In this document: piece after piece, positions 27,901-40,072 of the stretch
Layout: every line of letters begins with the position of its first letter
Numbering within the stretch: the first letter of the stretch is position 1
The notes under the pieces: model-generated
What the model was told of the DNA's origin: nothing
Seen by the model: the letters and a program-made list of their open reading frames with translations, nothing else
Databases searched by the model: none
Assembly: GCA_040954595.2 (NCBI GenBank)
Contig: CM082588.2
Location: 3,846,156 to 3,910,155 of the forward strand
Source: Balanoglossus misakiensis
Lineage: Eukaryota > Animalia > Hemichordata
DNA: 64,000 bases
Direction: 5' to 3'
Program-made: the position numbers and the translations under genes

Positions 27901-30111
27901 AAAACAGATTGACAGGGTCGATGCCATCTTGAAGAGATTCAACACTGCGAGCGGAGGAGATCACAAGGGATCCCTTGTCAAGAACTGCGAAGTGGACAAA
28001 AGAACGCCAAGTGGCCGATTGACACCTACCTCTCCTTGGCGTCCAGGAAAGCTTTGGCGAAGGGGTTATGTTTGATCTTCAAAGCCGTGATCTGCAACAC
28101 GAGAGAAAAACCGAATACTTTCGATTAAAAATAAATGCTTGGAATTGAGCTAGGTGGTCATGGCAACTGCCAAGTCACTTATCGCCGAGGGGTCGGCAAC
28201 TTCAATGGAAATATTCCGTTTTTGGAAAACAGTTCTTTGTTGGGACAACCGCCTGGCCACAAACAGCAAATGGTTTTATTACACGATACATGATAGAAAC
28301 CAGCGATAAGATCTGGAACTCGACGAAAACAAACTAATCGTGCTATGTACACTGATGGAAATGTCGATAGCAACACTTGTACACTATTATTACTCAATAA
28401 GGGGGTCGCAATTTGTTAAGGAGGAAAATAGAAAGTCTGCCTCACCTCTTCGTTCTGGTAGGCCGTGACTGCGATGAAGCGTGTCTCCTTGAAGGTGTGG
28501 GTTGTCACCATGCGCTGTTTTTCGTTGCCACCGACCTTAATAATGTGGACTCGTGGTTCGTACTTGTGGAGCGAGTGAAGCATGATCTGTGTGAAAGAAA
28601 ACACTGTTACAACACTGATGCTAGTATCTCAAAAATCGAACCCCGACCACTGGTGTTTTCTAAGACAAATCGCCGGCATTTTCCACCGGTCTCCGCTATC
28701 CTGAAAACAAAATCCCTGAGAACAATTTGGGATTCGATCGAGGGCTCTTGAAACCACTTCTGATGAAAACGGTCAACACTTTGTGGGGATTTACACGTCA
28801 CTGAACAACCAGAAAGAGGAATCCCCGACAAGCTGTGATACTCTGGTGGGGGAGTTCTTCTGACTTGAAAATCGATGGGAATGTAGGCGCAATTGCATTA
28901 AAAAGCATGGAAAAGCGATCTCTTTTACCACTTTAACAAACTGTACGTGTTCTACACTACATAAGAGACGTAAGGAAAGCTAATACTTACATGGCCACCT
29001 CCGTTGAGTTTGTTGGTGAGCTTCACCTTGCCGAAGGATACCGACTGCTTCATCCAGTGTGCGCCGAAATTGGGCGAGTCCGGGTGGATGTACACTGAGC
29101 TGGGCGCGGCGGCCTCTGGTTTGCCGCCGGGCACCCACTCGCCGTTCACGTACTTCCAGCGGTGGTTGTCCGATGCGACGAAGTCCAGAAGAACTGAGTA
29201 CATGGCGTTTGGATCCAGTCCGGATATGGACACTCGCAGTACGGGGAACATTCGCCTGTAGAGGTGAAGCAAACGGTTTTTTAATGACCGACAGTTGCGA
29301 CTCAGCTCTGGGTTAGCGGCCAAACGACGGTCAACGGCACACAAGGGGGATTATCTCGTAAAATTTGATGCGCCGCAAATTAGCGTCCATTCAGCCGCTC
29401 ATTTCTTACATCTGGATTACAAGACTTGACACACTTTTGGTGATTCTATAGTAAACTGAAGACACTTCTCTTTCGAGTGTAACGCTGCATGTCTTAATCG
29501 TTTGAGCGTTGTCGAAATTACACATGATTTTTAGCGTGGAACTTGTTCTCGGGTAAAAGTACCAGATACCAGAAAACTGCGGACGCCCATCAAACGATTG
29601 GCGGTCAGTAAATAGCTTATGAGTCTGGTAACATTGCGTTAAAACTACGTATATGTGGCTAAAGGAACATTTTACTGATATATTACAACGATGTAATTGA
29701 AGTGACACTTATACAACGACTGTGGGAGTTATCAAAATGTAGAATAATTCACAGTGTATAGGGTACACAACGGATAATGTCGATCGTGTTATCCGCAATT
29801 CTGCGACAGTCAGATTAGTGAGATTGACAGAACTGAGGTTTTCAGAAAGTGGGTTGTTAGCATCTGTGGTCTCTGGAGAATCCCTGCGAACAGAAACGAG
29901 AAATTCAACCCCCTTACCTTCCGTTCTTGGTCACGATCATCTCGTTGGTCAGATTCTCGAAGCGCTTCCACAGCTCGCCGTCCTCCAGCGAGATTTTCAC
30001 GTTGCGCTCGTTGGGATCGCCCTTCTTGGTGCAGTCGTTCATCTCCGTCTGCACGGCGTTGAGCAAGTGGTTCACGTTGAAAGTAGGCGACTTCATGGCT
30101 ACGGCACTCAT
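24982..30111 (-). CDS. bra: Brachyury (T-box transcription factor T), ~413 aa
   Basis: T-box [25 protein letters not shown]...[16 protein letters not shown]...[15 protein letters not shown]...[14 protein letters not shown]...[28 protein letters not shown]; Brachyury-specific HLLNAV N-terminal motif, [12 protein letters not shown] and C-terminal WSPLTPPSV*. Exons: 30111-29918, 29255-28991, 28586-28446, 28091-28030, 27396(or 27399)-27332, 26908-26741, 25328-24982; all GT-AG with consistent phases. Confidence 0.97.
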
Positions 30112-30540
30112 GCTACTTCTGGCACACAGGGAAAAATTAAAACACACAAATACGATCACGTCGTGTCGTTGAACTTGGCAGGCACTCGCTAAGGTCTACT
30201 TGAGAGAGTGACACGTTACTGGAAAGGGCTCGACGTCGAAGTGAAGGTTCGAGTTGAATGAACTACCCTATATGTGTACTAACATATGAATAATTGTTTG
30301 GGTTTGTACCCCCCTCGTGCCGAGAACATAAAGCGAGCCGCTTCATGAATACGCAAATGACATAAAAATACCCTGTGAGTTTCGCCGCCTCGCTGGCAAT
30401 TTTAATATTCATGACACCTGCGCGCGTTCTCATTGGCTGTCGAGCACATTTATCGGTTTCAATTCCGAAATTTAATTGCCCTAATGCTAGGATCTAAGCT
30501 GAGCGGTTTTCACACCTCTTTTTTTGACGTGGGAATTCCT
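30112..30540 (-). promoter_or_regulatory. Brachyury 5'UTR/proximal promoter with T-box half-sites and a Su(H)/RBPJ site
   Basis: TGACACCT 30412-30419, ATTGG (CCAAT) ~30432, TTTCACACCT 30508-30517, CGTGGGAA 30528-30535. Motif matches only. Confidence 0.5.
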
Positions 30541-33500
30541 TAGCAATATTTGCCTTGTACATAGCGTTGCACTTGAGACTTGGAAGTCGGTTTGTCAGAA
30601 GTCGCGAATATTGTCGGATATGTCAAAATTTGGGGTTCGTGTTTTGTTGCCTCTGCCAGCGTGCCTCTTCGCCGCGTCACACGAGAGCCGTAACTAGGAA
30701 TTGATAGCTCGACCCTTCTGCTCAAATCGGATACGATCAACTTCGTTGAATCAGTTTTGTATCTAGGGCTTCGCTCGGTTGAATCATTCCGCGTTTCCTT
30801 ATCCAATATTTACACAAACAGTCGATCATTGCGAGAACATTCCATATCATTCTCCCTCTCACGTCGGTTAAAAATTATCACTGTTTTTTTGTGGTTAATC
30901 AAATCCGGTTTTTGACGATTCTCCTAATCTCTTTGGGTGGGCATGTTTGTGTCGGTTGCGTATCCCCCCTCTCACCAGAAAAATAGACACCACGCGCACT
31001 GTTGCATTCTTCCCCCTTTCTCTCCCCTTTCCCACCTCAGTCTTTGAAATCCGCCGAAATGACCGCGGTTTGTATGCCGAGAGGCGTGGTGGGAGTCGAT
31101 TGTCGGTTTTACGACAGGCCGTTCTTTCGTCCCTTTCTGTCCGCCGAATTCTGTTCACTGCAATTTGTTCGGGCAATGGGCTCTCTTATACCCGGTCATT
31201 TTCGCTCAATTGATCCGACTTGTTTTCAACGGAGCCCTATGTAATGCATTGTGCGTGGCGATTTCTCTCCTGTTAGCAACTTTCACCTTTGGTCCCATAC
31301 GTCTGACCTACCCCCTTCCAGAGCCAGTGGTCCCCAACCCGAAGAATTCTAACCTGCCGTCGACGTGTTGTCAACACCCCGAAAAAAACTTCGCATCACC
31401 GCGATGTTTATTTTTACTTTTCACCTGATTCGGACCAGTGATTCATGACGAATCATTCAAGTCAAAACGCATCATTCAAATAAAAATAAAGTCACTCGCA
31501 TGTGCTTACCACAAAAATACGAAGCTTAGAGTCATTCTAAATTTGTCATTTCAATTTTTAAAACTGTACATGCGAACAAAATCCCCACTTTAACCAGCAC
31601 AGGTGTAGCAATACTGTATCTTAAACCACTTATAAAATATATACAACGATATGTTGATTTATGTTCAAGTATGAACAGATGTACTTTATACTGAACCGGC
31701 ATAATTCTAGGCTATTAATAGACTTCTGTACTTTTTGACTTCTCGATGGCGACCCGGTCGAGTTTTTGTATTATTCAAACCTACCAGTAATTCCTACAAG
31801 TTTTCATAAAAACGATAACGATATACATGTATGTACCACGATTTCTTGCAGTTGAAATTTTAACCCAAGAGAATTTTTAGCTGCAGATGTTTTTTTACTA
31901 TCTTGAGTTATTTTCACAGAGCGTTCACTCGAGCGACACCCACCCTTCAAAAATCAACAACTCCCCGCAACTTGACTGTTCGATTGATTTCAAGGTGTCA
32001 TTCCGAGTACAGTGTCGATTGACGGGTTTAAGTGTACTGTCATCGACAAGATTAGACACGACATCTTATATATAAGGGAACGGGCGTAAAATATCTACTT
32101 CGAAACTACTTATCACTGTCAAAATTGATTTTATTATTTTACCATACACGCGGACTTGTTTATGTCACTCTTAGAGCTAGATAGGGCTTCTTAAAAATTC
32201 AAATGATTTCAGCCTGGGACCTGGAAAACCAGTGTTTAAACCGGACTGTAAATCCAAGACAAATACTTCATACAAGGGTCTTTCTTAGGTTGATAATTGA
32301 AGCTTAATTCTAAATTTGGCGATGCACTGACATATACAGCTTGTCGTCAGTTCTGAACATAGTGACAAATTTGATGTTTTTAATTGTGTTCACACTGGAC
32401 AGCGACCTAATATCGACGAGCTTGATTGAAAAATACCCCGTGACAAAGAAGTTATTTTTCCAAGAATTCGGGTCTTCAAGGGAAAAAAACTGACACTGAG
32501 GAGAAAACAAGTAGGAATGCGATCGCTTCCCTTTCGGCGTCCGAGGCGCAAAGACCGGTCGATCTTCACCGCACGAGCTGTGAAACGTTTACCATTGTGA
32601 GACAGTTAACGGGTATGTCGGCACCCCTTTTAGCCGATTCAGTTTCTTGTGAATCAGTTCTCGGCTGCATTGACCCTTCGCCCGTATCGACACACGTCGA
32701 GCGCCGCTTTTTTCGTGTCTTTGCGTGATCGTTTAGCACAACCAGAAGTGTTCGTGGGAAATCGCCGACGCGCCCTTTGAAGTCACCAGGTGAGAATCAC
32801 TTCACAATGTGGACTGACCCCCTCCCGAGTAGAACACCACTAAAACTTTCCCCGTTATCGTCAAGTTCAAGTACAAACAAGACCTTTCCCCCCCAATTTC
32901 AAATTCTTGGAATTACGTCTTTTCCCCGAAAATAGAATAAACTCAGCAAAAAAACTTTGCCATAAGTCACGCGTTCAGAAACTTTTCAAAGTCGCAGTTA
33001 TATTTTGTTATACAGTCAAATGCAGAAGTGTCATGCACTCTCAAAACTTGTTTTGATGAACTACACCGAGCGCTGAAATTTCGTGAATTGCTTGAAACCT
33101 AAAGCCATTTAAGTCGGAAAGCCAATTTTAGGCTTATCCTATATACCTGAATGTATCGGATACCTCGTGTTTTTAACACGTTGACTTGCAAACTACATTG
33201 GTAAAGGCAAAACCAAACTACCAACCGAACTGTGCCATGGACGACATGCTTATCATGCGGCGTGCGCTCACATCTTGAGTATATAAATTACTTGCGTTGT
33301 TCATTAAAAATATCCGTCGATATTAGAAATTGGCCGAGTTTTTTTTTCAGTGCATTGTGAAATCCTTGTAACGTGAATTGGTTAACTAGACTCCGAATTT
33401 CGATTCCCGTAAATATAATTTCCTTTTCCACCACGATGACGGGAACATGGCGGCGGTCTTTTCGGTCTCGTCGATTGAAATTCATGTAAGTCGTTGATAC

Positions 33501-35660
33501 ATTTGTACCGCTGAAATGTTTCTTGTGCACGGACAGAAAACGACGGCATCGGCGGCTAAGGGTTGCCTGTTCGGTTAATTGGTGGCTGGCGTTTTGAACC
33601 AATTAAGAATGGAAAGGGGCCGTGCTCGGTCATTACTAGACACAAAACCAACAACAACAACAAACCCGCAGCGGTTGACCATAGAAAACAAGACTGAAGA
33701 CTAAAGAAACATAAGGTGTCGCGTTAATCAATATCCCCAGCTTTTCAGTTTCCAAAAAAGACACACTGAGTCAATTTCTGGATTTCCTGAAACCATTTAC
33801 CTAGAAACCCGTAGTATCAGCTTCTTGAAGACTGACAAGACAAAGAAAACGACACAACTATATTTTGAAAACACGATAAAAAATTGCTCATCATTCGAAA
33901 ACGTTGATATAATAAGTGCACCGACATACTACTGCACAAGAACGGTGTACACAATCTATCGGTGTTGCGCGGAGATCCAGCTTGTGAATCTTACAGAGTT
34001 AAACAAACACGTACTCAACTAAAGTAAATGTTCGACGCTACAGGTGTGAGAAATGGGATTAACGGTGAAAATCTGTGAGAAAAGCCAGATACCACGAAAG
34101 CATATGTCTTTGGTGGTTTCATTCTTGACAGATAACACAAGTTGATTTCAGTGACTCAAAATAGAATATAATGTGTATAAATTTCCTTCACAGAACCTTC
34201 TATTTTTAAGGCTGAGATGCCGAACATTCATGTTGAGGTTAAAAAAGTGAACATTTGAAAAATAATGTACCTCCGTAGTGCGCGTGGTAATACATTATTC
34301 AAAATTGAAGAAAAGTGACCGAAAAGTCAATATTACTGTTTTTTTACATTTGCTTGAAGAAGAAAAAATAGAAGATTTGCAAGACTTCTATTGGGGATGA
34401 GTTTGGTTTGGAAGTTCAAACTTTTATCCCCAGATGATGGTCTGATGGTCCCAGAGACCATCGAGATCTCAACTGTCGAACACACTGAAATTAATTCATC
34501 CTTCGTTTACCATTCCCTGGGTATTCGGGTAATGGTGCGACTGAGCATCTAAAGTGCCCTAGGGCCATCCCCAGTATTCGTGTGAAGCTCTACAAAAACA
34601 AAACATTAGAGGACAAAAAGTCGCCTTACTTTGTAGTCATTGTTCCGCGGGAGATGTTTTGGTGTCGCTGTCAGTGAGCTGAGTGAGAGCGCTCTCTCTC
34701 TCTGTCTTTGTTGTTCACTAATTAACGTCAAAGCTTCAAAACCGGTGAACAAGTTGACAAGGAGAAATGACAAGCCAAAATCTCGCGCGATGTTAGATCT
34801 ATTGACGAGATCAATTGAGGGCGGACTAACTGTCAAGAAATTCGGCTTTCACACTGGCAGCAAGCCGCCCTGTCTGGCCATGACATTGTGTCTATGCGCT
34901 ATGCTTGACGTTGTCTCATACCCAGCGGTTCAGGATTCTCGAGCTTGTAATCGGGTTGTCGCCTGCCTAATTAGATGACGGATAGATTCTGCTTCAAGTG
35001 GTTCATTGCATTATGAATATATACATACAGATTGCAATATCGGTGAAAAACAAAAGCATTTCTATTTGCAATGGTTTAGTGGCGCTGTTTTGTTCGGCGT
35101 TACACATCAACAGGTGGTTCCTTGACGTCAGCACAATTCTTAACTTGAAAATTAATGTCGGTTTCGGCATCGAGACGTTCAGCCATATCAATATCATAAG
35201 GATAATCCTGTCATTAGGGCAGTTGGTCCAAGACATTTATTTTGTCCAACTGTATTACCACGTTGATATAGCGCTGATTCGTAATCTGATGAACACTGAT
35301 CCATTTTATCTTTTGTTTTTGGGGTTATCTTTAGAAAAGCCATGTACATATATATTGTTAGTCATCATTTTAGTGTAGTTGATATGTTATTCGGTTTGCA
35401 TCTCGCCTCCTTAAGTTTCAGTCAGAATGTTATTGCCACTTTTACGAGAGCTATAACTAAACTCGTTTCGAAGGATTGTATATTATTGTCCGTAGTGGTA
35501 AGGTTATATGTCAATTTAAACGGAAGTTAACAAGAGCATTCTATGAAACATGTTTGCATCAGTTAATGGTTTCTTTGTGTTTTTTTTCTTTCGATATGCA
35601 ATACTGATTTATTTTGATGTCTTCGTTATATTGCATAGACGTTCAATCACATTAAGTTTC

Positions 35661-35737
35661 ATTACAAATATAGTTAATTATTTCATATTGGGGTGATATA
35701 GAGTTAACCGTTGCCATGGTGATGTTGGGTGGGACAT
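35661..35737 (+). repeat. ~75-bp duplicated non-coding element, copy 1 (upstream of Ig gene 1)
   Basis: attacaaatatagttaattatttcatattggggtgatatagagttaaccgttgccatggtg aligns with 37759-37835. Confidence 0.75.
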
Positions 35738-36013
35738 GCAAATCGCCACCAGATATACTGGTATTGATGTCGTTTAGAAAGTGACAGTGTGCGCAGTGGT
35801 GTTCACCTCCGAATGAACCCGGATATAAAAAAAAATTCAAAAGGCGTTTCCGAGCACAAGCCAGTAAAACATACAAACATATCACCGTTAATTTACAAGG
35901 AAGGAAAACAGCAGCACAGCGCGCAGTCGAACGGAGTTTTCTTGCTGATGACAATCACACAGACCGAAGTTGCTGTGCATATGTGTCAGTGGTGAACTCC
36001 CCTTTCGGTGAAT

Positions 36014-37582
36014 ATGACGCTCGCCAGGATTAAAACAATGGACGTTATTCTATTGGGCACTCTGATTGGATCGGCTGTCTTTCCGGGTGAAGGAGTTGAA
36101 TTTCTTAAAGAACCAGCAGACGTGACGAAGACGTTTCAATACGGAAGTTCTGAGACGGACTCGTTTACCTTAGAGTGCAAGGTGAAGTCCCTGGGGATAG
36201 GTGAGAAGGTGTCGTGGTTTAAGGCCAACGGAATCATAAAAAGGGGACAACGCATAAGCGATGGTTACAATTTAAGATCAGGAGGCGACATTGATCGCCT
36301 TGTAGATCAAGACAGATACAGCATACCTTCGGGTACCGCAGGCGTTTATCATTTACATGTGAACTCAGTCTCACCCAGTACTGCTGCAGTCGACAGCGGT
36401 AGATATCAGTGTAGCGTGCTACGGTCATCCAGCAACAACGTTGTAAGTGGTGGAACATCAAGGGTAACTGTAGTAAACATATATCTCACCCCAAGTCCAG
36501 ATTATCCACGTTGTGAAGTGAGTGATCCAGCAAATCAGACCCTTCCGACATCTCCACCACCCGCAGTAACATTAGGCAATAAATACACTCTGACCTGTCT
36601 CTCCGGACTATCTGACCCGGTTGTTGGGTTATTTTGGTCTCGAAATGACCAAACTGAATTTTTGGAAAGGTCAGGTTATGGTCAGAGGGATGACTTGGTA
36701 TACGTTTCATATTATTTGAATGTAACTAAAGGTAACGAACTGACCTTAACATTCACCTGCATTCTTCAACATCCGGGTTTGTCATCTGATAGAAACTGTT
36801 CAATTAGGTTCAATAACCAGTACGCGCCAATAGTGACAATCGACCCAACTGATGTCACGGTGAACGATATTGACGTCATAGTGCTGCACTGCAACCAAAA
36901 TGCAAATCCAAACGTTCCAGCCCCTGTTTGGTATTTTGATAACAACGTCGTGAACAGCGATGGTAGGTTCAGTTTAGAAGGAATGTCTCTTCGTATTTTG
37001 AAATTTGGTCCACAGGACAATGGATACCATCTGATAACATGCGAACTGACGAATATAGTTGGCACAGGCAGTGCCAGTGCAATATTGACAGTCAATATTC
37101 AATTTCCAACAGCCACTCATTTGTCAACTCAGCGAATGCATTCGGAGCTGATGTCGACAGAAGAAGTGTGTGCAAATAAGGACTCGATATGCATCGGATT
37201 AACTTTTGTCGGTCTCGTGTTGGGGGCGCTATGTACCCTCGCCATTGAATATGTCATCGTCAAATATCGTCGAATAGAACTGAAATATAGAAGCAGCTCA
37301 AATCTCGGGGGAAACGCGAAATCCCGTGACGGAATTGAACTGGATATCGACGATAACTTTGGAATCAGCAACAACACCGAAGTTGTCGATGAGCAGAATT
37401 ATCAAGATATAAAAGACGATATTGGTGGGGAAAGATTTACAGATGGCGAATCCCAGGACACCCCAGCCTACACAAATGTATCATCGGCCAATAACCAAGA
37501 TTCCAGTGAAGCCGATAATTATCAAAGTCTTGGAGAACAGAGTGAGAAGATGTATAGTGGACTGACGACTAAAACCATGTGA
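36014..37582 (+). CDS. IgSF type-I membrane receptor 1 (V + C + I/C2 domains, TM, ITAM-bearing tail), intronless CDS
   Basis: Single ORF, ATG at 36014 or 36038. Signal peptide; V domain LECKV/VSWFK/DSGRYQC; second domain LTCLSG..LFWSR..FTCILQHPGL; third LHCNQNANP..VWYFD..ITCELTNIVG; TM ICIGLTFVGLVLGALCTLAIEYVIV; tail with YQDI, YTNV and YQSL-x7-YSGL. Confidence 0.9.
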   Translation: MTLARIKTMDVILLGTLIGSAVFPGEGVEFLKEPADVTKTFQYGSSETDSFTLECKVKSLGIGEKVSWFKANGIIKRGQRISDGYNLRSGGDIDRLVDQDRYSIPSGTAGVYHLHVNSVSPSTAAVDSGRYQCSVLRSSSNNVVSGGTSRVTVVNIYLTPSPDYPRCEVSDPANQTLPTSPPPAVTLGNKYTLTCLSGLSDPVVGLFWSRNDQTEFLERSGYGQRDDLVYVSYYLNVTKGNELTLTFTCILQHPGLSSDRNCSIRFNNQYAPIVTIDPTDVTVNDIDVIVLHCNQNANPNVPAPVWYFDNNVVNSDGRFSLEGMSLRILKFGPQDNGYHLITCELTNIVGTGSASAILTVNIQFPTATHLSTQRMHSELMSTEEVCANKDSICIGLTFVGLVLGALCTLAIEYVIVKYRRIELKYRSSSNLGGNAKSRDGIELDIDDNFGISNNTEVVDEQNYQDIKDDIGGERFTDGESQDTPAYTNVSSANNQDSSEADNYQSLGEQSEKMYSGLTTKTM

Positions 37583-37758
37583 ATTGTTACTCTATTTTTT
37601 CTTTTAATATTAGCATACCATGCTGACTGATTTAGTTTTCGTCATTATAATACAAGATACAATCTATGTAATAATCACAAAATATGTTTAATACTTTCAT
37701 TATGTACAAACTGGGTTGGTGTTGTTATAAATAGGGCTGAGTGTTTTAATGGGTTATG

Positions 37759-37835
37759 ATTACAAATATGGTTAATGAGTTTATATTGGGGTGAATAGGT
37801 CCAACAGTTGCCATGGTATCAGAAGGGCGTGGCAT
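37759..37835 (+). repeat. ~75-bp duplicated non-coding element, copy 2 (between Ig genes 1 and 2)
   Basis: attacaaatatggttaatgagtttatattggggtgaataggtccaacagttgccatggtatc aligns with 35661-35737. Confidence 0.75.
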
Positions 37836-38647
37836 ATAGGTATGTTGGACCAACCAAGATACTAGTTCATATTGTGACTTTAAACAATTGCGACGATAAC
37901 GCACTAATAGTATGCAACGATTTTGACCATGAATATACCAACTTGGCTAAACAGTGAGTATCATTGCATCAGGCGGGCATCGTCTGAATTTTACCCTATC
38001 CATTATGGACATGAATCATTGTAACCTTTGAATACGAGACTTACTACATGTAGTAGTTCTTTGGACACTGTTCCGTCGTAACTTTGCTGTACAAACAATA
38101 ATAGCTATAGCAATAAATAAACAATCCGTTTCCTACCGTGTCATTGCAATTGTTGCTTTTTCATAGCCACCAAAACTACACAATACTCGCGAGCCCCATC
38201 CATTCTATTTTTGATGAACACATTCAAGTTTTTGTCTTTTCAACCGTCACTGGGTTTTTTTAGTTGTTGGCAAAGCCAATTCACTCCAAGCAACGTGGCG
38301 AAATGATCGGCGCGCGGTTTTAGATTAGATAGTAAATGGTGATCTATTCTGACCCATTGTCGCATCATATAGGATGCCAGGCAGCGTGGCAAGGTTTACC
38401 ATGGTGAGCGCAGTCAATTTAAAGTGACGTTCCCATCGGGCCTATAGAGTCTTTTTTTTTTTACAAAAGATGTAACAAAGGTATTGGTCCAATCTGGCTG
38501 GGACGACTAAACCCATATAAGTTGCGTTGCCTAAAGATACACATCGGTAAACAACGGGTGCGTGATACGCAGTTTTCACAAAGCGTTCCCGAATGCCAGA
38601 TTTGGCTGCAGCTGTGTTTCTCGCAAGCAGGAATAACACGGAACGCT

Positions 38648-40072
38648 ATGAAAAGTGGAAGTTGTGCATATTTGTACCTAGGTTTCCTTAGTGCTCTGCT
38701 CCGATTGCTTTGTGTTTCCTGCGTACAGTTCCGCGAGCAACCCGATGATTTCACGGAGACGTACGCTCTGGGAAGCTCCTCGGGAGGCGATTCCTTTTAT
38801 TTGGACTGCCAGGTCGACAGCCTCCGATCGGACGAAAAGCTATCGTGGATCAAAAACGGCGAAGTCATCAGCGATGGGTACGTTTTCAGAAGCGGCGTCG
38901 CCCATCTTGTTGACGGCAGCAGATACTCCGTTAACAGTTTCCAAACCTCTTGGCGATACTCGCTGATGATACGGTATGTGTCGGCAACCACGGCCGTGTT
39001 CGACAGCGGTGCTTATCAGTGTGTGGTGACGTTCAGTACCAGTGATACCGTTCTACCTGGTGGACGATCGAGGTCTGCTACGGTAGATATCTACGTCACC
39101 CCGAGCGCTGAGTACCCGGAATGCCGTGTGAGCGATTCGGCCGGACTGGACATGCAGGCTGATCCATCAGCAACTGTAACATCCCTTGGTACGTATAATT
39201 TGACGTGTACTTCTGGTCCGTCGACACCCGCGATAGAATTATCTTGGTCACGGGACGATCAGAGTGGATCTTTGCAAGGGTCGGTCGTCCGTGGCAACAG
39301 CGACGGGTTGATTAATGCGACGTATGAATGGGCACCATCCCAAGCTGACGGCGCGACCTTGACTTTTACCTGCACTCTCCAACACCAGGGTTTGTCATCT
39401 GACAGAACCTGTTCAATCACGTTCAATGTCAAGTACGCGCCCGTGGTGACAGTCGATCCAGCCGACGTCACGGTCACAGAGAACGACACCATCGTGTTCC
39501 ACTGCAGCCAGGACGCGAATCCTCAAGTGGCGACGCCCGTTTGGTATTATGACAATAAAGTGGTGAACGGCGGCGGCCGTTACGGCGTGGACGGAATGTC
39601 GCTCAGCATCCGGGGATTTAACCCGTGGGACTACGGATACCACATAGTCACGTGTGAATTGACCAACGACATCGGCACGGGCAGCGACAGCGCGACGCTG
39701 ACCATCATACTGCCGGCGCTAACGACGGTCCGTCCAGCGACGTCGAGGGCGCAAACGCTGGGGCTAGTCTCAGAACCAGCATCACCCTCGACAGCAACCG
39801 ACACGAATCACATACAAACCTCGCCTTCGTCCCCGAGTCCGCAACGGGAGACTACCGTCGACAGGGTCGATACAGAGGTTCCACGTGAAACATCCCCGGT
39901 AGCTGAAAACGAACTTGTGGCGATCATCGGTGCGGCCTGTGGAGGTGTAGTTGTGGGAGCTTTGAGTAGCCTCATGGCCGTCTATTCCATCTTAAGGTTT
40001 CACGGAATCAAACTGAAGCATCTTCGACGATCGAAAGTGGCGCCAAAAGTCGTCTCCAATGGCAAGATTTGA
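38648..40072 (+). CDS. IgSF type-I membrane receptor 2 (3 Ig domains, mucin-like stalk, TM, short tail without Tyr motif), intronless CDS; close paralogue of receptor 1
   Basis: First ATG 38648 (MKSGSCAYLYLGFLSALLRLLCVSC-VQFREQP); DSGAYQC; FTCTLQHQGLSSDRTCSI; Ser/Thr/Pro stalk; TM LVAIIGAACGGVVVGALSSLMAVYSIL; ~25-aa basic tail. Confidence 0.9.
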   Translation: MKSGSCAYLYLGFLSALLRLLCVSCVQFREQPDDFTETYALGSSSGGDSFYLDCQVDSLRSDEKLSWIKNGEVISDGYVFRSGVAHLVDGSRYSVNSFQTSWRYSLMIRYVSATTAVFDSGAYQCVVTFSTSDTVLPGGRSRSATVDIYVTPSAEYPECRVSDSAGLDMQADPSATVTSLGTYNLTCTSGPSTPAIELSWSRDDQSGSLQGSVVRGNSDGLINATYEWAPSQADGATLTFTCTLQHQGLSSDRTCSITFNVKYAPVVTVDPADVTVTENDTIVFHCSQDANPQVATPVWYYDNKVVNGGGRYGVDGMSLSIRGFNPWDYGYHIVTCELTNDIGTGSDSATLTIILPALTTVRPATSRAQTLGLVSEPASPSTATDTNHIQTSPSSPSPQRETTVDRVDTEVPRETSPVAENELVAIIGAACGGVVVGALSSLMAVYSILRFHGIKLKHLRRSKVAPKVVSNGKI

